From the NCBI GenBank assembly GCA_963718585.1, contig OY970357.1, positions 990,001 to 1,022,000 on the forward strand: 32,000 nucleotides of DNA, written 5' to 3'. Shown in pieces: positions 16,348 to 24,973 of this stretch. Made by a program: the position numbers and the translations under genes. Each line of letters opens with the position of its first letter. Position 1 is the stretch's first letter. The notes under the pieces were generated by a model. It saw only the letters and a program-made list of their open reading frames with translations, ran no database searches and was not told where the DNA came from. The DNA is from Candidatus Saccharimonadota bacterium. GTDB lineage: Bacteria; Patescibacteriota; Patescibacteriia; 2-12-FULL-60-25.

Positions 16348-16866
16348 TTACAAGACCTCGATCGTGACATTGTGGCGGATACCGAACTGCTTCGAGGCAG
16401 GCACGTCCGCCATCCAGATGTCCACGCGATCAGAAAATCGCTTGTTCATCCGGTCATGGACTTCGAAGACCTTGTCTCCGAAGAGTTCCGGGATCCGCAC
16501 CTTGGTCCCGAACTTAAGGAAGTTCGCGGCAATGATACCGTCACGCACGTGCGAACCGTCCGCCGTGATGAACGGCGAATCGTCGGTTTGGCCAGGAACG
16601 GAGTTATAGGAGGTGATCGTCACCTTCATGATCCGTTCCGGCCGTACCGTGAGCTCACCCGTGAGCTCCGTCGGAACGACAAGTCCGCGATCCGGGGCAT
16701 CGGCCTGCAGGGTCTGGCCCGCTTCCCATTGCGGGGCGTCCGGCAGGACCGCTGAAGCGCCCGCTGCCTGGACCCGCGTGCTCGTCAGCAAGAGGATGGC
16801 GGTCAAAACCGCGATCGCCCGCCGCTGGGCAGGATTCAATTTTGTGGCATTATGGAGAAAATCCAT
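16348..16866 (-). CDS. 3D-domain (MltA/RlpA-like fold) secreted cell-wall protein
   Basis: The C-terminus is VTITSYNSVPGQTDDSPFITADGSHVRDGIIAANFLKFGTKVRIPELFGDKVFEVHDRMNKRFSDRVDIWM. The start is chosen at ATG 16866 (MDFLHNATKLNPAQRRAIAVLTAILLLTSTRVQA). The longer ORF to 16998 would run through the divergent PBP promoter and start. Confidence 0.8.
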   Translation of the reverse strand: MDFLHNATKLNPAQRRAIAVLTAILLLTSTRVQAAGASAVLPDAPQWEAGQTLQADAPDRGLVVPTELTGELTVRPERIMKVTITSYNSVPGQTDDSPFITADGSHVRDGIIAANFLKFGTKVRIPELFGDKVFEVHDRMNKRFSDRVDIWMADVPASKQFGIRHNVTIEVL

Positions 16867-16961
16867 ATGTATGGTTTTGTCCCGTTTTCGGAGACTCCCA
16901 TTTTGGGACCACGAACAATGCCACATTTGCCCGTTTTTGTCAAGGGGTATACCCTTATTTT

Positions 16962-16970
16962 TGGTATAAT
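16962..16970 (+). promoter_or_regulatory. Extended -10 element (TGGTATAAT) upstream of the PBP gene
   Basis: TG at 16962-16963 and TATAAT at 16965-16970. There is no good -35. The start codon lies 12-18 nt downstream. Confidence 0.45.
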
Positions 16971-16981
16971 TTAGCCAAATT

Positions 16982-19843
16982 TTGAACATGCCCATCAAAC
17001 ACCTGACCCCTCATGTAAACCCTTCCCCGGCAGGGACCGGGCGTCAGGCAAAAAAGCGGAAAGAACGGATCCGAAAGTGGGTGATCACGACCATCGCAGT
17101 CCTGATCGGCCTCGGATTGCTCGGCGTCCTCGCATTGAGCATCGCATTGGCGTGGATCTCACGCAGTTTGCCGGATCCGGACACGCTCATCACGCGATCT
17201 GTTCCCCTGACAACGCGGATCTACGACCGGACCGGGACCCATGTCCTCTATGAGATCCACGGGGATGAGAATCGAAGCCTGGTGAAGATCACCGATCTTC
17301 CTTCATATGTCCCACATGCCACGGTGGCGATCGAGGACAAGACTTTTTACGAACACCATGGCGTCAGTTGGCAGGGCCTTATTCGCGCGTTCGTGAGCAG
17401 CGTCCTCGAAGGGAAGCGCATTGGAGGGACTTCCACGCTCACACAACAGCTTGTGAAGAACGCCATCCTCACCAACGAACGGACCATCACACGAAAACTG
17501 AAAGAGATCCTGCTCGCCCTTCAGCTTGAACGTGTCTTCACCAAAGACCAGATCCTCCAACTCTATCTGAACGAGATCCCATATGGATCGACCATGTATG
17601 GGATCGAGTCCGCGGCCAAAGGCTATTTTGGAAAATCAGCGAAGGACCTCACCCTCGATGAGGCGGCGCTCCTCGCATCGATCCCACAAGCTCCCGACCT
17701 CTACAATCCCTACGGGACGGGGTTGCACGGGGACAATCGCGATCTCCTCGTCCAACGCCAACATTATGTCCTCGATCAAATGGCCGAGCAGGGATACATC
17801 ACCAAAGACCAGGCAGACGCAGCCAAGAAGGTCGATACATTGAAAAAGCTCGTGCCGAAACAGGTCGGGAATATCAGTGCGCCACACTTTGTGATGTACG
17901 TACGATCACTCTTGGAGAACGAATACAGCCAACAAACGGTAGAGACCGGCGGGCTCAACGTGATCACCACCTTGGATTGGGACAAACAACAGATCGCGGA
18001 AGATGAGGTCAAAAAAGGCGTGGATGCGCGTGGAGAAAAATATAACTTCACGAACGCGGCCATGATCGCGATCGATCCGAAGACCGGACAGATCCTTTCC
18101 ATGGTGGGGTCCAAAGACTTCTTTGACAACGAACACGACGGGCAAGTGAACGTGGTCTTAAGTCCGCGCCAACCTGGATCTTCCTTCAAACCCATCGTGT
18201 ATGCCGCGGGCTTCATCAAGGGCTACACGCCGGATACCACTCTCTGGGACGTGAACACGGTCTTCAAGACCGATATCAAGGACTACCAGCCGTACGACTA
18301 CGATCTGAAAGAGCGCGGTCCGGTCACGGTCCGTCAGGCTCTGCAGGGATCCCTGAACATCCCGGCTGTGAAAATGCTCTACCTCGTGGGCGTGGGACGT
18401 GTTCTCGATTTTGCCGAGCAGCTTGGATATTCGACATTCGCGGACCGGAGTCGGTTCGGTCTTTCCCTCGTGCTCGGCGGAGGTGAAGTGAAGCTCTTGG
18501 AGCACGCCAATGCCTATGCCGCGTTCGCGAACAATGGCGTCCAATATCCGACCTCGGTCATCCTGAAAGTGACCGATGCGGATGGGAAGACGCTCGAGGA
18601 GTGGAAACAACCGGATGGGAAACAAGTGATGGACCCGGCGATCGCAGAACGAGTGTCGAACGTCTTGTCTGACAACAATGCGCGCGCCTACGTCTTTGGC
18701 CTTCACAGCGCACTGACGCTACCGGGACGACCGGCTGCCGCAAAGACCGGAACGACCAACGACTTCCACGACGCGTGGACGCTCGGCTACACCCCATCAC
18801 TGGTCGCCGGCGTCTGGGTCGGAAACAATGACAACGCGCAGATGAAACGCGGAGCTGACGGCTCTGTCATCGCCGCGCCCATCTGGCAAGGATTCATGAC
18901 GCGCGCGCTTGAAGGCACGGCCGCCGAATCCTTCACCCCGCCGCCGCCGGATCCGGTGACAAAACCCGTCCTCCTCGGTCAGGCGACGGATGTCACGCTC
19001 AAGATCGACAAAGCGACCGGCAAACTGGCGACCGACCTCACCCCACCCGACCTGGTCGAGGAGCGAACATACCACCAAGCGCACAACATCCTCTACTACG
19101 TGGACAAAGATGACCCGCGCGGACCACAGCCCACAGACCCCACGCAAGATCCGCAATATGCGAACTGGGAAAACGCCGTGCAGAACTGGGTCACGAAAAA
19201 CAATTGGAACACTACATCGACACCCCCGACTGAAACGGACGACGTACATACATCCGCGAACCAACCACAGGTCATCATCACCTCGCCGAATACGAATACC
19301 ATCATATCGACACGGAACACGTCCGTCAGTGCGACGGTGAATGCCCCGCGTCGTATCCTACGAGCAGAGGTCTGGAGCGAGGGGATCCTCATCGGTCGAA
19401 CGACTGCTCCACCATGGACCGTACCGGTCACGTTCCCAAATGCGATCGGAAAAGGTTTCCACGACCTCGAGGTCCGCGCCTTTGACGATGTGGGCAATAT
19501 CGGGACCGCAACGGTGACCGTCAATCTGACGGCAGACCCATCCACCTACGATATCTCCATCACCTCGCCATCATCGGGGACACAGCTCAGCGCATCCGAT
19601 TTCCCGGTCCCGGTCACGATCACGGCGAACGACATCAACGGTGCGAAGAAGATCGACCTCTACCTTCAATCACCGGATGGAACGACCCGTCTCATGGCCT
19701 CGGATATCACCCCCACGCAGAACTCCGTCCAGATGGACTGGACATACGATCCAGGCCCAGGGGACTACACCCTGTTCCCCGTCCTGATCGATGCAAACGG
19801 GAATTCCCAACCCGGAGAACGCACCCCGGTCACGATCCAATAA
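16982..19843 (+). CDS. mrcA: Class A penicillin-binding protein (GT51 glycosyltransferase plus transpeptidase) with a C-terminal Ig-like extension
   Basis: N-terminal TM helix. GT51 motifs: EDKTFYEHHGV, GGSTLTQQLVKN, RKLKE. Transpeptidase motifs: SSFKP, SLN, KTGTT. The ~300 C-terminal residues include two ~95-aa beta-rich repeats. Confidence 0.93.
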   Translation: MNMPIKHLTPHVNPSPAGTGRQAKKRKERIRKWVITTIAVLIGLGLLGVLALSIALAWISRSLPDPDTLITRSVPLTTRIYDRTGTHVLYEIHGDENRSLVKITDLPSYVPHATVAIEDKTFYEHHGVSWQGLIRAFVSSVLEGKRIGGTSTLTQQLVKNAILTNERTITRKLKEILLALQLERVFTKDQILQLYLNEIPYGSTMYGIESAAKGYFGKSAKDLTLDEAALLASIPQAPDLYNPYGTGLHGDNRDLLVQRQHYVLDQMAEQGYITKDQADAAKKVDTLKKLVPKQVGNISAPHFVMYVRSLLENEYSQQTVETGGLNVITTLDWDKQQIAEDEVKKGVDARGEKYNFTNAAMIAIDPKTGQILSMVGSKDFFDNEHDGQVNVVLSPRQPGSSFKPIVYAAGFIKGYTPDTTLWDVNTVFKTDIKDYQPYDYDLKERGPVTVRQALQGSLNIPAVKMLYLVGVGRVLDFAEQLGYSTFADRSRFGLSLVLGGGEVKLLEHANAYAAFANNGVQYPTSVILKVTDADGKTLEEWKQPDGKQVMDPAIAERVSNVLSDNNARAYVFGLHSALTLPGRPAAAKTGTTNDFHDAWTLGYTPSLVAGVWVGNNDNAQMKRGADGSVIAAPIWQGFMTRALEGTAAESFTPPPPDPVTKPVLLGQATDVTLKIDKATGKLATDLTPPDLVEERTYHQAHNILYYVDKDDPRGPQPTDPTQDPQYANWENAVQNWVTKNNWNTTSTPPTETDDVHTSANQPQVIITSPNTNTIISTRNTSVSATVNAPRRILRAEVWSEGILIGRTTAPPWTVPVTFPNAIGKGFHDLEVRAFDDVGNIGTATVTVNLTADPSTYDISITSPSSGTQLSASDFPVPVTITANDINGAKKIDLYLQSPDGTTRLMASDITPTQNSVQMDWTYDPGPGDYTLFPVLIDANGNSQPGERTPVTIQ

Positions 19844-19873
19844 AAAAACACCCCGTCCTACGGGGTGTTTTTT
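19842..19873. terminator. Bidirectional terminator (PBP / rpmH convergent)
   Basis: AAAAAA, ACACCCCG, loop TCCTA, CGGGGTGT, TTTTT. Confidence 0.8.
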
Positions 19874-20021
19874 AGCGGGCTTTCTTCACAGCTATCTGTT
19901 TGCGACCCTTGGCCCGGCGTCGGGACAGGACCTGTGCGCCCTTTTTGGTCTTCATCCGGGCACGAAACCCGTGGACCTTCACATAACGGCGCTTTTTCGG
20001 CTGATACGTGCGCTTAGGCAT
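19872..20021 (-). CDS. rpmH: 50S ribosomal protein L34
   Basis: It is below the size cutoff of the ORF track. The minus-strand translation is [49 protein letters not shown] (49 aa), a classic L34 sequence. Confidence 0.92.
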   Translation of the reverse strand: MPKRTYQPKKRRYVKVHGFRARMKTKKGAQVLSRRRAKGRKQIAVKKAR

Positions 20022-20130
20022 GCGGATGTCGTTTGAGGGATTATGGCGGTGAGCATATCGGAAACCACGAGATTTGACAACCCCTCTGCCATTTATGGAT
20101 CCGATCAGAGCCTCACACAGCCCTTAAAAA

Positions 20131-20221
20131 GGTGGATAACAAAGACATCATTGTGTATGCTTCACATCATTATCCACGTTTTATCAACATGTTTGACTTT
20201 TCACTTTCCGACTGTTGATAT
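20131..20221. promoter_or_regulatory. DnaA-box cluster and putative dnaA promoter
   Basis: Boxes with one mismatch to TTATCCACA: GGTGGATAA (20131-20139, reverse), TTATCCACG (20170-20178), TTATCAACA (20181-20189). A weaker box is TGTTGATA (20213-20220). Possible promoter: TTGACT (20193-20198), 17 nt, TGATAT (20216-20221). Confidence 0.55.
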
Positions 20222-20250
20222 CTACATCGAACATTCCTCTCGCACCTCCT

Positions 20251-21645
20251 ATGGATACAAACGAAATCTGGCGCGCCTCACTTGGAGAGCTTGAATTGAC
20301 ACTCTCCAAGGCCAACTTCACCACGTGGTTCAAAAACACGTTCATCTCATCATATGACGGGACGCGCGTCGTGATTTCTGTTCCGAACACTTTCACGAAA
20401 GCATGGCTTGAGAAGAAATATCATGACGCGATCGTCCACGCTCTGCGGAACGTGACCCAAGCGAACATCCGGGATGTCACGTACCGCGTCGAAGTGCGAA
20501 ACACGACGCCGCTCCCGCAGTTCGCGGATCAGATCGAGCCCGATCGCGTTGAAGAGGATTTTCGCATGTCTGCACCGGCGTCGAGTGCATCATCATCTAC
20601 CCCACCATCAGACGTCGGACTCAATCCCCGATACACCTTCAACTCCTTTGTCGTCGGCAAGGCGAATGAACTCGCACATGCCGCAGCCATGGCCGTAGCG
20701 GCAAAGCCCGGTGACGCCTACAATCCGCTCTTCATCTATGGCGGCTCGGGTCTCGGCAAGACCCACCTGCTACAGGCGATCGGTCATCATGTCATCGCCT
20801 CACGCCCGGATGCCAAGATCCTGTATGTGACCTGTGAGCGATTCACGAACGATTTCATCCAGTCGGTCCGCGGGGGCCGAGCGAAAGATTTCAAAGACCT
20901 TTACCGCAACGTCGACGTCCTCCTCATTGATGACGTGCAATTCATCACCGGTAAAGAAAGTACTCAGGAGGAATTCTTTCATACCTTCAACGCCCTCCAT
21001 CAAGCCAACAAGCAGATCATCCTGACAAGCGACCGCTCACCGAAAGATATCCAAGGCCTCGAATCCCGACTTCTGACCCGGTTCGAATGGGGGATGATCG
21101 CGGACGTGAGCAGTCCTGACTTTGAGACGCGGATCGCGATCCTTGATGCCAAGGCGCGAGAAAAACACGTCCAACTCCATCCGGAGATCCTCCGATACAT
21201 CGCCGGGACGGTCCAATTGAACGTCCGCGAACTTGAAGGGGCATTGAACAAGATCATTGCCTATCATCAGTTCAAAAACGTCTCTCCGACCTTGGAATCC
21301 GTCCAAACCCTCCTGCAGAGCTTTGTTCCTAACGCTCCGAAACGGACGATCACGCCACGCCGCCTCATGGAGATCGTGGTCGAATATTATGATCTCCCCA
21401 TGGAAGATCTAATGGGCAAAAGTCGTGAACAACGCTTCGCCTTCCCCCGACAGGTCGCGATGTATCTCATGCGCGAGGAAGCGAAGTGCTCCTTCCCAGC
21501 CATCGGGAACAACGTCGGCGGCCGTGACCATACAACGGCCATGCATGCCTGCAGTAAGATCGCTCAACTCCTGAAAGACGACGATAAACTTCGTCATGAC
21601 ATCTCGCTCATCCGTGAAAAACTCTACAGTGGATCCTCTGGATAA
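20251..21645 (+). CDS. dnaA: Chromosomal replication initiator DnaA
   Basis: [27 protein letters not shown]. Walker A is [11 protein letters not shown], Walker B is LLIDDVQF, and the C-terminal DNA-binding signature is [12 protein letters not shown]. The ORF track starts at 20215; ATG 20251 is preferred. Confidence 0.95.
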   Translation: MDTNEIWRASLGELELTLSKANFTTWFKNTFISSYDGTRVVISVPNTFTKAWLEKKYHDAIVHALRNVTQANIRDVTYRVEVRNTTPLPQFADQIEPDRVEEDFRMSAPASSASSSTPPSDVGLNPRYTFNSFVVGKANELAHAAAMAVAAKPGDAYNPLFIYGGSGLGKTHLLQAIGHHVIASRPDAKILYVTCERFTNDFIQSVRGGRAKDFKDLYRNVDVLLIDDVQFITGKESTQEEFFHTFNALHQANKQIILTSDRSPKDIQGLESRLLTRFEWGMIADVSSPDFETRIAILDAKAREKHVQLHPEILRYIAGTVQLNVRELEGALNKIIAYHQFKNVSPTLESVQTLLQSFVPNAPKRTITPRRLMEIVVEYYDLPMEDLMGKSREQRFAFPRQVAMYLMREEAKCSFPAIGNNVGGRDHTTAMHACSKIAQLLKDDDKLRHDISLIREKLYSGSSG

Positions 21646-21867
21646 CGCGCCTGCAGCCTGCGGATGAAACGTGCACCGTTCGTGGATGGATCACGTCCTC
21701 GATAAAGCGCCACGGATCCATCCACGCGGTACGCACGGACCATCCACCTCACCTGTGGGCGCCTCAGACGCGATCCAGTCAAGGAAGAAAGCCCTTTCCA
21801 CTCCCATCCCCATCTTCCACACCCCTTACTACTACTACTGATTCTATTTATCTTTAAATTAATAACT
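21637..21867. promoter_or_regulatory. Candidate oriC module between dnaA and dnaN: DnaA-box-like repeats plus an AT-rich unwinding-type stretch
   Basis: TCTGGATAA (21637-21645; the reverse complement TTATCCAGA has one mismatch). Three CCATCCAC-type motifs: GTGGATGGA 21682-21690 (reverse), TCCATCCAC 21717-21725, CCATCCAC 21740-21747. Then (TAC)x4 at 21827-21838 and an AT-rich run ATTCTATTTATCTTTAAATTAATAACT up to the dnaN ATG. Confidence 0.5.
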
Positions 21868-23001
21868 ATGAAGTTCGCGTGCACCCAGGAAAATCTCCTT
21901 CAAGGACTGAACATGGTCAGCCATGTCGCGGGAAAGAATGTGAATCTTCCGGTCCTTGGAAACGTCCTTCTTAAAACAGAATCTGGATCTGTGAAGATCT
22001 CGAGTACGAATTTGGAGATGGCAGTGAACTGTACGGTGCGGGGTAAAGTGGAAGAGGAGGGGGAATATAGTATCCCGGCAAAACTCTTTCAGGATTTCAT
22101 CAGCGTCTTACCGAGTGGGAAGGTGGAGTTGGTCCTGGGGGAAGAGGGATTGGAAGTCCGTGCCGGAGATCAGGAGACGGTCCTCAAGGGGATGCCCGCG
22201 AGCGAATTTCCATTGCTTCCAAAGCTGACCAAGGAAAAAGGATATACCTTCAAGACCGGTGATCTCCGTCGTGCGATCGGCCAGGTCGTCTTTGCAGTCT
22301 CTGCTTCACAGTCCAGACCGGAACTATGCGGGGTCTACTGCGCATTCGGGGATCCGGGAAAGGTGGGGTCAGCCTGCTTGGTCGCGACCGACTCCTACCG
22401 GCTGGCAGAGCGCCTGACGCCCTACACGGGCGGCTCAGGCGAGCGGAGGGCCATTGTGCCCGTACGGGCGCTTTTGGAAGTTTCGCGCATCCTGGGGGCC
22501 TACAAGGATGAACTAGGCATGCCGGACGAGGTTGAGTGGTCATTCACGGACAATCAACTGGTCGTGACCTACGGCAACGTCGAGCTGGTCACCCGTTTAG
22601 TGGAAGGAAACTTCCCGGACTACAAGCCGTTCATCCCTCAGGAACTGAAGACCGAGGCATTGTTGGATCGTATTGAACTGCAAAAGGCCGTGAAAGCCGC
22701 GAGTCTATTCGCCCGACAAGGGATCTTTGATGTTCATCTTGCGTTCGATCCGGAAGCAGGGACGTGTACGATCGCATCTGCGGATCAAGGGACAGGGAAG
22801 ACGAAGATGGTCCTCAAGGGGAAGGTCACGGGAGAAGTGAATAATGTGACAGTGAACTATCGATATCTCGCGGATGGGATCGGCGCGATCAGTTCCGACG
22901 AGGTGAAGGTCGGCCAGGTGGATGCGATGAATCCGCTCCTTCTTGTGCCGGCGGACGATCAGGAGGGGTATCGGTACATCGTCATGCCGATCAGGCAATG
23001 A
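21868..23001 (+). CDS. dnaN: DNA polymerase III beta sliding clamp
   Basis: 377 aa. MKFACTQENLLQGLNMVSHVAGKNVNLPVLGNVLLK... is the typical DnaN N-terminus, and the gene lies immediately after dnaA. Confidence 0.93.
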   Translation: MKFACTQENLLQGLNMVSHVAGKNVNLPVLGNVLLKTESGSVKISSTNLEMAVNCTVRGKVEEEGEYSIPAKLFQDFISVLPSGKVELVLGEEGLEVRAGDQETVLKGMPASEFPLLPKLTKEKGYTFKTGDLRRAIGQVVFAVSASQSRPELCGVYCAFGDPGKVGSACLVATDSYRLAERLTPYTGGSGERRAIVPVRALLEVSRILGAYKDELGMPDEVEWSFTDNQLVVTYGNVELVTRLVEGNFPDYKPFIPQELKTEALLDRIELQKAVKAASLFARQGIFDVHLAFDPEAGTCTIASADQGTGKTKMVLKGKVTGEVNNVTVNYRYLADGIGAISSDEVKVGQVDAMNPLLLVPADDQEGYRYIVMPIRQ

Positions 23002-23130
23002 GTCGTCCGGGCTTAAGGCATCCCCCTTGTGGACGTTCCGTGTTTTCCTTCGTGTACGTTATAGTACGCATGATAAAAAGCCCCGTGTTCTCCGCGGAGG
23101 GTCTCCAACTCTGAACGTCTTTCCTGGGAT

Positions 23131-23535
23131 ATGTTGCCCAAACCAAAACGCCTGACCAAGAAGCGCGACTTTGCGAAGCTTGGTACGCAAGGACGGACCG
23201 CATACGGCCCGCATATGACCATGCGTGTCCGTCCCTCCAAGGAGGAGGCACCAAAAGTCGCGTTCATCACGTCCACGAAGGTGATGAAAAAAGCCGTGGA
23301 TCGCAACCGGGCGAAGCGACGGATGCGTGATGTGGTGCGAAGATCGTGGGAAAAGATCCCACCACGCGTCCATGTCCTTTTCGTCCTCCAGCCGCCGGTG
23401 AAAGACATCCCGCACGCGGAACTCGTCGCAGAGGTGGAGCATTTGTTGGAGAAGATCCCGACGACGTTGCAAAAGCCCGCGCGGATGTCGCCACGAGCGC
23501 GGAAGCTCCACGAAAAACGGAAGAAGCGTTCATGA
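23131..23535 (+). CDS. rnpA: Ribonuclease P protein component
   Basis: [22 protein letters not shown]...[18 protein letters not shown] carries the RNR.KR signature. It has a basic C-terminal tail. Confidence 0.88.
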   Translation: MLPKPKRLTKKRDFAKLGTQGRTAYGPHMTMRVRPSKEEAPKVAFITSTKVMKKAVDRNRAKRRMRDVVRRSWEKIPPRVHVLFVLQPPVKDIPHAELVAEVEHLLEKIPTTLQKPARMSPRARKLHEKRKKRS

Positions 23536-23783
23536 ACCCGCTGAACCTCCCACGTCGCGTCGGTCAGTTGTGCATCGTGGCATATCAATACACGCTTTCA
23601 CCGGATCACGGATTCATGTCGCGGTTCGTGCGGTATCGCGTGTGTCGCTATGAGCCGACCTGTTCTGAATTCGGCTATGAAGCGATCGGGAAATATGGCC
23701 TGCTCAAGGGCGGATGGATGACATTTTGGCGCATCCTGCGATGCACGCCTTGGCACCCGGGGGGTCACGACCCCGTGCCTTAG
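23532..23783 (+). CDS. yidD: Membrane protein insertion efficiency factor YidD
   Basis: [24 protein letters not shown]...[46 protein letters not shown]. The ATGA overlap with the rnpA stop suggests translational coupling. Confidence 0.9.
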   Translation: MNPLNLPRRVGQLCIVAYQYTLSPDHGFMSRFVRYRVCRYEPTCSEFGYEAIGKYGLLKGGWMTFWRILRCTPWHPGGHDPVP

Positions 23784-24019
23784 GGGAGTTCCACGATCTT
23801 CGTCTTTGCGTTATGGCCTTTGACGATCCGGATCATGGATTTGGGGGTGTCGTAGTGGTCAGATAACAACGCGATCAGCGCGTCGTTCGCCTTCCCATCC
23901 ACGGGAGGAGCGGCGAGCCGGACTTTCAAGACGCCGAGTTCGCGTCCGACGATCTCGGACTTCGACGCGTTCGGGATGACGCGGATGGTCAGGCGGGTCA
24001 TGTGCTTTGTATATGTCAT
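23780..24019 (-). CDS. yggU: DUF167/YggU-family small protein
   Basis: [69 protein letters not shown]. The start ATG at 24019 overlaps the nfo stop as ATGA. The 3' end overlaps the yidD stop by 4 nt (convergent). Confidence 0.85.
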   Translation of the reverse strand: MTYTKHMTRLTIRVIPNASKSEIVGRELGVLKVRLAAPPVDGKANDALIALLSDHYDTPKSMIRIVKGHNAKTKIVELP

Positions 24020-24078
24020 TCCCGCGGAGGCGGGAATCTGGTCCGGCCGGTCTGGGTCCCCGCCCTTGCGAGGACGAC
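24015..24078. repeat. Double-hairpin palindromic element (VIPAxAGI / SFPRRRES-type sequence)
   Basis: GTCATTCCCGCGGAGGCGGGAATCTGG ... TCTGGGTCCCCGCCCTTGCGAGGACGAC. The left hairpin is ATTCCCGC/GCGGGAAT (24018-24037). The central palindrome is CCGGCCGG. The right hairpin is GTCCCCGC/GCGAGGAC (24056-24075). The two halves are imperfect inverted copies of each other. Confidence 0.6.
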
Positions 24079-24921
24079 AGGAGTGTCGCGAAATTTCTTA
24101 AGCTTCTTGATATCCTCTGCCACCCCGTCCGGTTCGGTCTCGCAATAGAGATTGAGATCCGCGTTGAACTTTTTATATGCCACGATGGCCTTGAATCCAT
24201 CGAGACCGATGAACCCTTTGCCGAGATGTTCATGGCGGTCTTTATGTCCGCCGAGCTCGATCTTCGAGTCATTGCAGTGCGACATCTTCAGTCGCTTCAA
24301 CCCCACGAGCGTATCGAATGCGCTGAAAGTCTTATTCACGGCCTTTGCATCACGTAGATCGTAGCCGGAAGCGAATGCATGCGCCGTATCGAAGCAGATC
24401 CCGAGCTCCGGATGATCGATCCCATCGAGCAATTCAGCGAGTTCCTCGAAGGTATCACCGATGACCATGCCCGCTCCGGCAGACATCTCGATCAAAAGTT
24501 TTGTCGATCCGTCGTATTCGTCCAAGACCTTTTTTATCCCTTGGATGCAGTGCTTCATCGCCTCGACCTCTCCGACATCCTTCGCGCTTCCGGGATGGAA
24601 CATCACGTAGTTCGCGTTGATGAGCGATCCGCGTTCCAGCTCCTCGCGGATGATGCGAATGGAGTTTTTGCGGGTCCGTTCAAGTCCAGAGGCGAAGTTG
24701 ATGTAGTACGGCGAATGGATCACCCAGTCGGTCAGCTTATGTGTCTCACACCCTGCAAGGAATGCCTCCACGATCTCCGGCGTCAGCTTCGGCGCCGGTC
24801 CGCCTTGCGGGGACCGGGTGAACATCTGGAAGACCTCCGCTCCGATGGCCGCGGCGTTTTCCGGCGCGTTCTGGATCCCGCCCGCGATACTGACATGTGC
24901 GCCGAATTTCATGTCCGTCAT
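24016..24921 (-). CDS. nfo: Endonuclease IV (AP endonuclease, TIM barrel)
   Basis: MKFGAHVSIAGG, HSPYYINFAS, MFHPGSA, FDTAHAFASGYD, HCNDSKIELGGHKDRHEHLG. The start may be 24921 or 24912. The last ~24 codons ([24 protein letters not shown]) lie in the palindromic element. Confidence 0.92.
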   Translation of the reverse strand: MTDMKFGAHVSIAGGIQNAPENAAAIGAEVFQMFTRSPQGGPAPKLTPEIVEAFLAGCETHKLTDWVIHSPYYINFASGLERTRKNSIRIIREELERGSLINANYVMFHPGSAKDVGEVEAMKHCIQGIKKVLDEYDGSTKLLIEMSAGAGMVIGDTFEELAELLDGIDHPELGICFDTAHAFASGYDLRDAKAVNKTFSAFDTLVGLKRLKMSHCNDSKIELGGHKDRHEHLGKGFIGLDGFKAIVAYKKFNADLNLYCETEPDGVAEDIKKLKKFRDTPVVLARAGTQTGRTRFPPPRE

Positions 24922-24935
24922 CGTAGCCTACATGA

Positions 24936-24968
24936 AGAAAAAGAAAAACGACCGCCTTGGAGCGGTCG
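24936..24968 (-). terminator. Rho-independent terminator after tig
   Basis: Minus strand: CGACCGC, loop TCCAAG, GCGGTCG, then TTTTTCTTTTTC. Confidence 0.75.
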
Positions 24969-24973
24969 TTGGA

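Noticed and set aside
19872-20036. The 81-aa plus-strand ORF 19791-20036 covers the rpmH region, and there was momentary suspicion of a frameshift in rpmH.
   Set aside because: Recounting against the ORF-track coordinates shows rpmH is intact: 150 nt and 49 codons plus a stop. The plus-strand ORF is an antisense artefact spanning the PBP terminator.
20241-20250. Octamers identical to the 16S rRNA anti-SD tail lie directly upstream of two start codons: CACCTCCT before dnaA ATG 20251, and TCACCTCC before ATG 6857 on the minus strand. On the opposite strand of the dnaA leader the sequence reads AGGAGGTG, then 8 nt, then ATG of a 16-codon micro-ORF.
   Set aside because: There are only two instances and I cannot compute significance. 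The micro-ORF has no supporting features. I treat it as probable coincidence, but it is recorded in case a genome-wide count shows enrichment.
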